In this document: piece by piece, positions 51,247-60,923 of the stretch | Position numbering within the stretch: the first letter of the stretch is position 1 | Layout of the letters: the number at the start of each line of letters is the position of its first letter | Origin: an uncultured cyanobacterium | GTDB taxonomy: Bacteria > Cyanobacteriota > Cyanobacteriia > Phormidesmidales > Phormidesmidaceae | Assembly (NCBI GenBank): GCA_963793265.1 | Contig: CAWBZI010000005.1 | Coordinates: forward strand, 1 to 64,000 | Length of the DNA: 64,000 nucleotides | Reading direction: 5' to 3' | Position numbers and translations under genes: made by a program | The notes under the pieces: generated by a model | Database searches by the model: none | What the model was told of the DNA's origin: nothing | Seen by the model: only the letters and a program-made list of their open reading frames with translations

Positions 51247-51589
51247 ATATTTTTCCTAACTTGAGCGAAAGAAGCCTCAAGTTGAGTGCACACAAAACCT
51301 TGGTGCTTTGCTTGTAGTCGTTGACAAAAAGAAGCACCGAATTGCTAAATTTAATCGTCAGGCGAGTAGTCAAATCAAACGCCATTGATTCAAAATTGTC
51401 TGAAAATGACGATTTAGCTACTGATTAGGACGGAAAGCTCTCATGCGAGTTCCTAAACATACCTAAGCACAATGGCCGAACTTAGCCGATCGTAACGGTG
51501 GCGACACGCCCGCTCCGTAAGCGCCTAAAATACATAGAGTCAAATATGTCACATTCACCCGTCTCGTATCTTTATCATCCTCTGCATCT

Positions 51590-54301
51590 ATGGCTGCTCT
51601 TGAAACGAACCTGGAAAATCGAGCCGATAACTACGGCATTCCTGAGCGGCTAGCCAAACATACCGTGCGCTATGCCGACTACCGCGAGGTCAGCCGCGAC
51701 GATATGACGCCCATGATGCGTCACTACGCGGAGGTGAAAGATCAGCACCCCTACGCCCTATTGATGTACAGAGTAGGCGACTTCTACGAAACCTTTTTTC
51801 AAGACGCTATTACCATTGCCCGCGAGCTAGAGCTAGTACTCACCAGCAAAGATTCGGGCAAAGCCATTGGCCGCGTACCACTTTCGGGCATTCCGCACCA
51901 TGCCCTCGAACGCTACTGCACTCAGCTCGTAGAAAAAGGCTACGCGGTTGCCATTTGCGATCAGGTAGAAGATCCGGCGCAGGCTGTGGGCCTGGTAAAA
52001 AGAGAAGTCACTCGCATTATCACGCCCGGTACCGTAATTGAAGAGGGAATGCTGAGCGCGCGTCACAACAACTTTTTGGCCGCTGTTGTAATTGCAGGCG
52101 ATCACTGGGGCTTAGCCCACGCCGATGTCTCTACAGGAGAGTTTTTTACCACGCAATCTACCGATTTAGATGAGCTAGGCCAAGAGCTTATGCGGCTTCA
52201 GCCTGCCGAGGTGTTAGTGCCCACAAACGTACCAGATTTGGGTGCACTGCTTAGACCTGGAGAGAAGTCTGAACGCCTACCCGACTGCTTGCCGCCTCAG
52301 TTTTGCTATACGTTTCGGGGGCAGGGGCCGTTTACAAAAGTGGAGGCCCAGCAGCGGCTAAAAGAGAGTTTTCGGGTGCGATCGCTCGAAGGCTTCGGCT
52401 GTGCCCGTCTGGCTTTAGCGACCCGCGCAGCAGGCGGTTTGTTGGAATATTTAGAAGACACCCAAAAAGAGACGATTGCACCGCTGCAAAATCTCTCTAC
52501 CTATTCAATCACCGAATTTTTGGTAATCGATCACCAAACCCGGCGCAATCTCGAAATTACCCAGACCTGTCGCGATGGTGCTTATCATGGCTCTTTACTA
52601 TGGGCGCTCGATAAAACCGTTACCGCTATGGGCGGACGGGCCTTACGACGGTGGCTATTGCAGCCATTGCTGAGTATAAAGGGCATCGCCGCCCGGCAAG
52701 ATACTGTTGAAGAGCTGGTGACTAACGGTAACTTAAGACAGCAGCTACAACAGTTGCTCAGACAGATCTACGACCTAGAGAGACTTGCCGGTAGAGCCGG
52801 ATCAGGAACGGCTAACGGTCGCGATTTGGTGGCAATGGCAGACTCTTTTGAGAAGCTGCCTGATTTAGCGGCGCTGATGCACCATGCCACATCGCCCTAT
52901 TTGGTGAAGCTGCAATTTGTGCCACCTGAGCTAGAAGAAATGGGTGGCGTGTTGCGATCGCACCTCGTTGAAACCCCACCTTTGTACCTGACTGAAGGCA
53001 ACCTGATTCGTGACGGGGTAAACACGAAGCTAGATGAGCTGCGATCGCAAGTAACTGCCGACCAGCAGTGGATTGCAAACTTGGAGACGACAGAGCGCGA
53101 TCGCACCGGCATTTCCAACCTCAAGGTTGGCTACACCAAAGCCTTCGGCTACTACATCAGCATCTCCCGCAGCAAATCAGCCCAGGCCCCCAGCGACTAC
53201 ACCCGCAAGCAAACCCTCACCAACGAAGAGCGCTACATCACCGATGAACTAAAGCAGTGCGAAGCCCGGCTCACTACCACTAACGCAGAGATTCAGGCGC
53301 TAGAATACAATCTGTTCATTAACCTGCGCGATCAGGTGAGTGAGCACGTTGCTCTGATCCGAGAGGTTGCCACAAAAGTTGCTGCCGCTGACGTGCTTGC
53401 AGCCCTGGCAGAAGTCGCGATCTATCAAGGCTACGCGCGGCCAGAGATGGTGCAAGGTCGGCCTGTGTTTATTGAAGACGGGCGTCATCCAGTGGTAGAG
53501 CAGTCGCTACCAGCAGGCTTTTTTGTGCCGAATGACACGGGGCTAGGCAGCGTGTCTGGTGAGCCTGAGGCTGAAAAGAACAGAATTACGCCCGATCTCA
53601 TTATTTTGACTGGGCCGAACGCCAGCGGAAAAAGTTGTTATTTGCGGCAAATAGGGCTAATTCAGTTGATGGCACAGGTAGGGAGCTTTGTGCCAGTGAG
53701 GTCTGCAACTTTGGGGGTGTGCGATCGCATCTTTACCCGAGTGGGCGCAGTTGATGATCTTGCCACAGGCCAATCGACCTTTATGGTAGAGATGAATGAG
53801 ACGGCGAATATTTTGAACCATGCGACGGTGCGATCGCTCGTTTTGCTCGATGAAATTGGCCGAGGCACCGCCACCTTTGACGGCCTTTCGATTGCCTGGG
53901 CCGTTGCCGAGCACTTAGCCACCGAAATTAGCGCGCGCACTATCTTTGCCACGCATTACCACGAGCTAAACGAGCTGGCCTCTATTCTCTCAAATGTAGA
54001 GAACTATCAGGTAATGGTAAAAGAGATGCCCGATCAGATTATCTTTTTGCATCAGGTGAGGCCGGGCGGGGCGGATAAGTCTTATGGGATTGAGGCGGGG
54101 CGCTTGGCCGGGCTGCCGCCTTCGGTGATTAGTAGAGCGCGGCAGGTGATGAGCCAAATTGAACAAAATAGTACGATTGCAGTGGGCTTAAGGGAGCCGC
54201 AGCGGGGTGGTGGAAAGCGGAAGAAGAAAGTGGCGGCTGAGGGTGAAAAGGGGGTGAAGGAGCCGGAGGAACAGCTTGATATGTTTGGGAACAGAACGTA
54301 G
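51590..54301 (+). CDS. mutS: DNA mismatch repair protein MutS
   Basis: [51 protein letters not shown]. Confidence 0.97.
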   Translation: MAALETNLENRADNYGIPERLAKHTVRYADYREVSRDDMTPMMRHYAEVKDQHPYALLMYRVGDFYETFFQDAITIARELELVLTSKDSGKAIGRVPLSGIPHHALERYCTQLVEKGYAVAICDQVEDPAQAVGLVKREVTRIITPGTVIEEGMLSARHNNFLAAVVIAGDHWGLAHADVSTGEFFTTQSTDLDELGQELMRLQPAEVLVPTNVPDLGALLRPGEKSERLPDCLPPQFCYTFRGQGPFTKVEAQQRLKESFRVRSLEGFGCARLALATRAAGGLLEYLEDTQKETIAPLQNLSTYSITEFLVIDHQTRRNLEITQTCRDGAYHGSLLWALDKTVTAMGGRALRRWLLQPLLSIKGIAARQDTVEELVTNGNLRQQLQQLLRQIYDLERLAGRAGSGTANGRDLVAMADSFEKLPDLAALMHHATSPYLVKLQFVPPELEEMGGVLRSHLVETPPLYLTEGNLIRDGVNTKLDELRSQVTADQQWIANLETTERDRTGISNLKVGYTKAFGYYISISRSKSAQAPSDYTRKQTLTNEERYITDELKQCEARLTTTNAEIQALEYNLFINLRDQVSEHVALIREVATKVAAADVLAALAEVAIYQGYARPEMVQGRPVFIEDGRHPVVEQSLPAGFFVPNDTGLGSVSGEPEAEKNRITPDLIILTGPNASGKSCYLRQIGLIQLMAQVGSFVPVRSATLGVCDRIFTRVGAVDDLATGQSTFMVEMNETANILNHATVRSLVLLDEIGRGTATFDGLSIAWAVAEHLATEISARTIFATHYHELNELASILSNVENYQVMVKEMPDQIIFLHQVRPGGADKSYGIEAGRLAGLPPSVISRARQVMSQIEQNSTIAVGLREPQRGGGKRKKKVAAEGEKGVKEPEEQLDMFGNRT

Positions 54302-54309
54302 TATCAGCC

Positions 54310-54334
54310 GTAGGGGCGTCACGGCTGTGCGCCC
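54310..54334 (+). repeat. GTAG-type REP-like palindrome
   Basis: GTAG-GGGCG-TCACGGCTGTG-CGCCC between convergent genes. Confidence 0.5.
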
Positions 54335-54383
54335 AATGCAATGTTTGCCGTTTCATCAGAAATTCCATTTGGATGTCATTCCC

Positions 54384-54671
54384 TTAGCGAACCCATCTTG
54401 TCGCAGCAGGAACCCCGGCTTTTGTTTGATTATCTAAAAAATCCAAGCGAGTCGTTTGAACATCGTCAACGGCTTTAGTATGAACATCCAAATAATCTTC
54501 ACCAGCTTCTGCAATTTTATCAACTGTCTTTGTCTGATTGTTCAAAAACTCCAGGCGAGTTGCTTGGATATTGGTGACTGCTTTAGCTTCGGCGGCATTG
54601 GCGGCAGGGGCGATCGCGGCAGTTGCTAGCGTAGCGGTCAAAGCGAGAGCAGAGAAGAATTGAGTTTTCAT
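54384..54671 (-). CDS. Small exported protein with three 18-aa repeats
   Basis: AAGGAG before ATG 54671; signal peptide ending AANA; repeats ending in TK. Confidence 0.7.
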   Translation of the reverse strand: MKTQFFSALALTATLATAAIAPAANAAEAKAVTNIQATRLEFLNNQTKTVDKIAEAGEDYLDVHTKAVDDVQTTRLDFLDNQTKAGVPAATRWVR

Positions 54672-54858
54672 GGGTGAATGGCTCCTTTGAGTCAATGTGT
54701 TTGCTTCATTGATTTAAGAATGCCATGGGGCTATAGCCTGGGTCTGAGGCGTGATTAAGCACTTGCTGAGATGTAAACGCAGTTCGGCTGAGGATGACAC
54801 AGCGCAGGCTCAGGATCTTCTCATTAAAGGCGATCACACCAGCAGCATTCTCTTACGC

Positions 54859-56855
54859 CTAAAGCACAAACTCCGCCGCCTGCCCTCGCACAAAGGCAGA
54901 CTTCATCGGCGGCTGCAAAATAAACGCAGGCGGCTCTACCCTCGCAGCCGCCTTCAGCACCGGAAGCTGAACAACAAACTCTGTACCTTTGTATAGCTCA
55001 GAAGAAAACGTCAGCTTGCCGCCGTGCTTTTTAGTCACAACGCTGTAGCTGATAGAAAGACCAATGCCCGTGCCTTTACGCACCGGCTTAGTTGTAAAGA
55101 ACGCATCGAATACGCGATCTTGAATGACTTCTGCAATGCCAATGCCCGTGTCAGCGATCGCAATCTCTACCCACTTACGCCCATCCTGTTCTATCTCCTT
55201 AGTTCGCAGTTTAATCGAACCTCTTTGCCCATTGCCTGAGCGATCGCACATCTCATCTAGCGCATCGATTGCATTCGAGAGCAGGTTCATAAATACCTGA
55301 TTAATTAGCCCCGGATAGCACTCCACCGCAGGGATATCGCCATACTCGCAAGCCACCTCAATAGCAGCGTAGCCCGGCCTCTCGTTTAATCGATGCTGCA
55401 AAATTAACAGCGTACTCTCCAAACCATCCTGAAGATTAGCAGGCTTAAGACCTGACTCGTCAGAGCGAGAGAAGTTTTGTAGCGAAAGGACAATTTGTCG
55501 AATGCGTTCCGTGCCAACTTCCATAGAATCAAGCACTTTGGGCAAGTCTTCTTGAATAAATGCTAAATCAGCCGCCTCAATTTGAGTTTTCAACGCTAGT
55601 GGGCAAGACGGATACTGCGTTTGAAACTCAGCGACTAACGCTAGCAAATCCTTTGTATACTCTCGTACCGGCTCCAAATTGGCGTAGATAAAGTTGATTG
55701 GATTATTTACCTCATGGGCCACACCGGCCACAAGCTGACCCAGGCTAGACATTTTCTCACTTTGCACCATCTGCACTTGAGTATGCTGTAGCTCATCTAA
55801 AAGACTCTCTAATGTCGATGCTTTTTGTGAGAGCGCCGCTTTAGAAACCTGCAACTCTTTGTGGCTGGTCGCTAGCTTAAGCTTAGTCACTTGCAGCTCA
55901 TCGACGATGGATTCTAACGTCGCCGCCTTTTGAGAAAGGGCGGCTTTGGCAACCTGTTCCTTTTGATGACTTTGGGCAAGCGCTGCTTGGGTCTGGTGCA
56001 GCTCGGCTAGCGTTTTCTCTATAGCAGTATTCTTTTGTAGCAGCGCTGCCTGCGACTTTCCGATATCTTGACGGTGCGCTTCCATTTGCTGATTAGCTTG
56101 CCATCGTCCTTTCTCAGCAGCATATCGAGCCAGCTTGTAATAGTTCACACGCGCCAGTAACCCGACCCAAGCAAACAGTAATAGCACTAGCCCAGCGCTC
56201 GTCATCCGGTCAGCATCAGTCCAAATATTGTTACGCGCCGCTAGCCCTGCCTGAATGCGACGCTGAAGCGCTTCATCCCACTCATACAGTCTGCGAGTAT
56301 ACGTTTCCTGTGTTGCTCGGTATGTTTCGCCCGAGAAAAGAGTGAGCGCCGCTTGAGTATCCCCTTGTTGGAGCCGCGCAAAAGCTTCTTTTTCTACTTT
56401 AGTCAGCGCGATCGCCGATGCTTTAACGTCGAGAATAAAAGAGCAGTATCGTCAGACTCTACCAGAGAAACCGTCAGGAAATTCCCCTTTTCTATGAGTT
56501 CCACCAGCAGCGATTCATAGACCTCGTAGCGTCCTTGCCACGCTAGCTCGCCATTCACTGCAGCTCTTGCTGACATACTGAGCATATCAGTATCATGAGA
56601 AATAGCGGTGCCGAGCTGCTGCAGTTGAATGTCTCGATCAAGACGATGCTGTAAGGCTTGAAAACGATTAGCCGCGCTCAGATTGCCCACTGTTAGCAGC
56701 GTGAGGCCCATTGCGATCGCCCCCAGCAGCACCGGGCTAGCGTATCTACCAGCAAGCTGGCCAAATCGAAGACGAGAGACTGGCACCGCGGACATAACTA
56801 AAAAAGCTAACGCTGTCATAGAGCAACGGTTAGATAATGCCCTAAGACAAATCAA
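54859..56855 (-). CDS. Membrane sensor histidine kinase, split by a 1-nt frameshift near 56440
   Basis: ORFs 56403-56855 and 54859-56205 join through the open frame DVKASAIALTKVEKEAF..., which aligns with the neighbouring paralog; AHEVNNP, NAIDA, GTGIGL. Confidence 0.82.
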
Positions 56856-56977
56856 GAATAGTTCAGATCACATGCTATATGTAGGCATTCAGAAAATCTC
56901 CTTACTTCTCACGGTGCATTCACACAATCGCTGTGTGACAAGCGATACAAGCACATTCTCATCGATTCAAAACATCA

Positions 56978-58774
56978 TCATATCGACATTGCCACGGGCG
57001 GCTTTAGCTCATAGTCACTTGCTGAAGCATCAGCCGTTTTTACTGAGATAGGTAGCTGTACAACAAACTTGGCACCGTGGCCAAAGGTAGAATCGCAGGA
57101 GATGCTGCCGCCGTGTTTTTGGGTGACGATAGTGTGACTAATAGACAGCCCAATTCCTGTGCCTTTGCCAACAGGTTTGGTTGTAAAGAACGCATCGAAG
57201 ATACGGCTCTGAATCTCGGCAGGGATACCGACACCAGTATCTAGAATTGCCACCTCAATCCAATCAGCCCCTTCAGCCCCAGTGCAGGCAGACGTTCTAA
57301 TTTCAATAACGCCCCGGTCTTTTTCCGCCGCCTCATCCAACGCATCAATTGCGTTAGAAAGCAGATTCATAAACACCTGATTGAGCTGCCCAGGGTAGCA
57401 CTCTACCGCTGGCAGCACGCCATACTCTCGCACCACCTTCACCGCAGCAACCCCATCATTTGCCTTTAGCCGATGCGCTAAAATCACCAGCGTACTCTCT
57501 AATCCCTCATGAATATCTACGCACTTCAGGCCGCTCTCGTCCGAGCGAGAGAAATTTCGCAGCGACAGCACAATCTGCCGAATGCGCTCAGCGCCCACCT
57601 CCATCGAAGTTAAAATTTTCGGCAAATCTTTTTGCACAAAGGCCAAATCAGCCGCCTCAATATCGGCCTGTAGCGCTAAAGACGGCTTTGGACAATCATG
57701 CTGGTAAGCAGCTACCAGCCGTAGCAATTCGGTGACATATTCTCGAATGGGCTCCAAGTTTGCATAGATAAAGTTCACCGGATTGTTGATTTCGTGTGCC
57801 ACGCCTGCCACCAGTTGACCCAGGCTAGACATCTTCTCACTCTGCACCATTTGCACCTGCGTAAGCTGAAGTTCCGTTAAAATGTCCTCTAGCGTCGAGG
57901 CTTTTTGTTCCAGCGCGGCTTTAGAAACCTGAAGGGCTCGGTTACTCTCTTCTAGCTCGCTCTCAGTCTGTTGCAACGCGCTCAGAATGTTTTCTAACGT
58001 TGTCGCCTTCTGCATCAGCGCTGCTTGTGAAACCTGAAGCGCTCGGTGGCTTTCTTCTAGCTCGCCTTTAGCCCGGCGCAATTTTTGCTCAGCCGCTTTG
58101 CGCAGGCCAATGTACTGCTTCACCATGAAAAGTATAGTGACCCAGGCGATCGCAAGCACCCAAAAGCTCACCATGCTATACATACCGGCCCAGGCAAGGC
58201 GAGTACCGTAACGATTCAAACTAGCCTGATTTTTTTGATTAAGCGCGTTTGACCACTGACGCATACTGCTGGCATACAGCTCTTTTTGGGTTTTATAGGT
58301 ATTGTTGAATAAGACAGATTGGGCGCGATCGCTCATCGAGCGTCGCACAAAATCAAACGCCTCCCGGTTCATCTCACTCAGCTTTCGCGACGCCTGACTG
58401 ATTTGCTCGTCATAGGGTGCATAAGCATTCGGGGCCAACGCCTTCACCTGAGCCAAGCTGCTTGCCAAGATAGGCTCATAAGCCTTATAGCGATCCTCCC
58501 AAGACAAATCTCCAGTGGTCGCCGCCATCCGCACCGACATTGTCATCACCTCATCAAGATGAATAATCTCGCCGCTCAGCCGCTGCACCTGAAAGTCTTC
58601 GGTAATGCCATGCTGAAACCCCTGCGAAACCCGGAAAGTATTAAAGCTGCCCATTGCCACTAGCACCAAACTAATCGCGACTGCAGCCGTCAATACAGGC
58701 ACTAGAAAATCATTCGACAGTCGGCTAAATCTGGAGATAGAAGACTTCATAAGTACGGGTGAGCCAATAGGCAA
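56978..58774 (-). CDS. Membrane sensor histidine kinase
   Basis: TM, sensor, TM, coiled coil; AHEINNP, NAIDA, FFTTKPVGKGTGIGL; start may be ATG 58750. Confidence 0.92.
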   Translation of the reverse strand: MPIGSPVLMKSSISRFSRLSNDFLVPVLTAAVAISLVLVAMGSFNTFRVSQGFQHGITEDFQVQRLSGEIIHLDEVMTMSVRMAATTGDLSWEDRYKAYEPILASSLAQVKALAPNAYAPYDEQISQASRKLSEMNREAFDFVRRSMSDRAQSVLFNNTYKTQKELYASSMRQWSNALNQKNQASLNRYGTRLAWAGMYSMVSFWVLAIAWVTILFMVKQYIGLRKAAEQKLRRAKGELEESHRALQVSQAALMQKATTLENILSALQQTESELEESNRALQVSKAALEQKASTLEDILTELQLTQVQMVQSEKMSSLGQLVAGVAHEINNPVNFIYANLEPIREYVTELLRLVAAYQHDCPKPSLALQADIEAADLAFVQKDLPKILTSMEVGAERIRQIVLSLRNFSRSDESGLKCVDIHEGLESTLVILAHRLKANDGVAAVKVVREYGVLPAVECYPGQLNQVFMNLLSNAIDALDEAAEKDRGVIEIRTSACTGAEGADWIEVAILDTGVGIPAEIQSRIFDAFFTTKPVGKGTGIGLSISHTIVTQKHGGSISCDSTFGHGAKFVVQLPISVKTADASASDYELKPPVAMSI

Positions 58775-58999
58775 AGCATAGTAACTGCATTCAGAATTCC
58801 CGAATTAAACACATCAATATAGTTAGTAATGAAGTCGGTTATGCGAAGATAACTCAACAAGAAATCATCTCTCAAAAGCCATTCTTCTTAATAGAATGAA
58901 GCTGTTTTAATTCATACATTTTGCCTTTGCGCTATACGGACTCAAGCTGACTAACTAGATTCCGTGTAAGATGACAAATATTGATCTAGCGCAACAGCA

Positions 59000-59647
59000 A
59001 TGAGCGAAGTTGTAAAAATTAGTTCTTTGACGCTTTCTGAAGTGAAGCAGCGCTTTGGATTAAAAGAAGTCCGCGACCCAACGTTCTTTGATGAATGGCA
59101 GGGAGATCTGCCGGAGAGTTCGTCTCTAGAAAGGCTTTGGCTGGATAAATTGAAAGAAGACTTCTTATCCTTGGAGCAGTATCCGCTTCATGAAGAACTT
59201 GTAAAAATGGCAATGCTCGGGCCACTGCTATCGCTCGCAGGATTTTTCCGATACCCGTTTTACCCGAAAGCAGAGGCAGAGGTATTTTTTACGGCTGAAG
59301 ACGGCGAGGAAACTGCGAAAGGAAGAGTTGATGTATTGGTTGTTCGTGAGCAGTTTTGGGTAGCTGTTGTAGAGTCAAAAAATAAGCGATTTAGTCTGAT
59401 TGAAGCTATTCCACAGGCTTTGTCATACATGATGACAAGCCCAAATACAAGGCTATCAACATTCGGGCTTGTCACAAATGGAACACACTTTGCGTTCTTA
59501 AAGCTAGAGCGGGACGGTGTGCCTCAGTACGCTGTATCAGATGAGCTATCGTTGAAGCGTAGGGGGAATGAGCTTTATTTAGCTTTAGGCACTTTGAGAA
59601 AAATGGGTGAGCTAGTAGTGGCGCGGGAGAGCAGTATGCCTGCCTAA
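59000..59647 (+). CDS. PD-(D/E)xK nuclease-like protein (HsdR N-terminal-like)
   Basis: GRVDVLVV...VVESK, Q..SY, GLVTNG; no helicase domain. Confidence 0.7.
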   Translation: MSEVVKISSLTLSEVKQRFGLKEVRDPTFFDEWQGDLPESSSLERLWLDKLKEDFLSLEQYPLHEELVKMAMLGPLLSLAGFFRYPFYPKAEAEVFFTAEDGEETAKGRVDVLVVREQFWVAVVESKNKRFSLIEAIPQALSYMMTSPNTRLSTFGLVTNGTHFAFLKLERDGVPQYAVSDELSLKRRGNELYLALGTLRKMGELVVARESSMPA

Positions 59648-59675
59648 CTTTCTAATAAAAAAGCACTGAGAATAA

Positions 59676-60305
59676 CTAGGCATCGTCGTAGGGATAAGTT
59701 TCATCGTAGATTTTTTGTAGTCCTTTTCCTTCGTAAGTCCAGTAGGGTGCGGGAGCAACGGCGTAACTATTATTTAACAGCTTTTGTGTTATTGCTGTGA
59801 GTGAGTAATCTATGCATTCATAGATCACCCTCTTCTCGTTTTTCACAATAACAGTCTCATCAGCGCGTGTGAATTTTAAAACTGAATCAATCGGAATTTC
59901 CATTTCGCTAAAGTTCAATGGTGGTCGTCGAGATTTCAGCTTCTTTACGCCTGCTTGAGAATCAGGGTCAATATTGTCTGCTTTATCTTGGATTTCAGGC
60001 GTAACATCTTCTATCGAGACTAATTTAAGCAAGGCGATGGCTTGTTCTGGTTCAATTGAAAAGAACTCACGGTTTGGATTGATTTGATATGGCCTAAAAG
60101 CTCTGTGAAAAGCCTGTTCTGTAGCTGCCTCATCTTCAACACGCGCTGCATACGCACACTCAAACGGCACAGGGACACCTGTTGAGTAAAGCTCAGATAG
60201 TCGAGGCTCAACTGACTCTCTCGCTGTTTTTCCAATTTTGACCAGTCCGGGCATCGCTGGATTTGTCAGTATATAAACAATTCCAGGAATAGATTCGATG
60301 TTCAT
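59676..60305 (-). CDS. T5orf172-type GIY-YIG nuclease with RAMA-like C-terminal domain
   Basis: GIVYILTNPAMPGLVKIGKT, STGVPVPF, E..FH, REFF; C-terminal FSEMEIPIDSVL...YSLTAIT...YWTYEG. Confidence 0.78.
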   Translation of the reverse strand: MNIESIPGIVYILTNPAMPGLVKIGKTARESVEPRLSELYSTGVPVPFECAYAARVEDEAATEQAFHRAFRPYQINPNREFFSIEPEQAIALLKLVSIEDVTPEIQDKADNIDPDSQAGVKKLKSRRPPLNFSEMEIPIDSVLKFTRADETVIVKNEKRVIYECIDYSLTAITQKLLNNSYAVAPAPYWTYEGKGLQKIYDETYPYDDA

Positions 60306-60447
60306 ACAACTATAATTAACTTATCCATAATTCGAGTATCAGATAGTAACAAAAATGCTGCTTAAGTCGATACTTTCGTCAGAGCATGATGATCGAAGCT
60401 AAAGTTCTCCACATCTAGGAGTAAGAGCACTGCTGTTTATCTCACAG

Positions 60448-60660
60448 CTAGGCGAATAACAAACGTCCTTTAGGTTCTGGAACTGGGCGACCTAGTTCTT
60501 GAGCCGTCTCAATCCACTCTTGAATAACAATTTCTGCATTCTGTACAGCTTCTTGATAGGACTCGCCGTCTGCGGCACAACCTGGAAGCTCAGGCACTTC
60601 TACAATAAAAGCGCTATCTACTTCACTCCAATAAATAATAAGCTCATATCTAACCTTCAT
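60448..60660 (-). CDS. hicB: HicB family antitoxin (short form)
   Basis: FIVEVPELPGCAADGESYQEA...GRPVPEP. Confidence 0.88.
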   Translation of the reverse strand: MKVRYELIIYWSEVDSAFIVEVPELPGCAADGESYQEAVQNAEIVIQEWIETAQELGRPVPEPKGRLLFA

Positions 60661-60910
60661 TCTGTTCTCCCATTTCGTATTTTACGATTACGTCTCGAAC
60701 CTGTTTGATCTGATAAGCTTTGGCTTTACCCTTTTTATTTTGAAGGTTAAGTATCTCATCGACATCTTCCTTTGAGAAAATATGGTGACTTCCTCTAACA
60801 CGTTCGTCAAACCCTAAACTACGAAGCAAGTTACGCAATGGCTCGAAAGGAATGTTTGCATCGGCAGTTCCAAGAAGAATTTTGACTAATAGCTTGTCTC
60901 TTTTGCTCAT
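60650..60910 (-). CDS. hicA: HicA family toxin
   Basis: LRSLGF..RVRGSHHIF, AKAYQIKQV; overlaps hicB. Confidence 0.85.
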   Translation of the reverse strand: MSKRDKLLVKILLGTADANIPFEPLRNLLRSLGFDERVRGSHHIFSKEDVDEILNLQNKKGKAKAYQIKQVRDVIVKYEMGEQNEG

Positions 60911-60923
60911 ATCTACTAATTCA

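Noticed and set aside
1954..56455. Programmed frameshifting as an explanation for the split genes
   Set aside because: No canonical slippery heptamers or stimulatory structures; unrelated genes and mixed indel directions favour sequencing error
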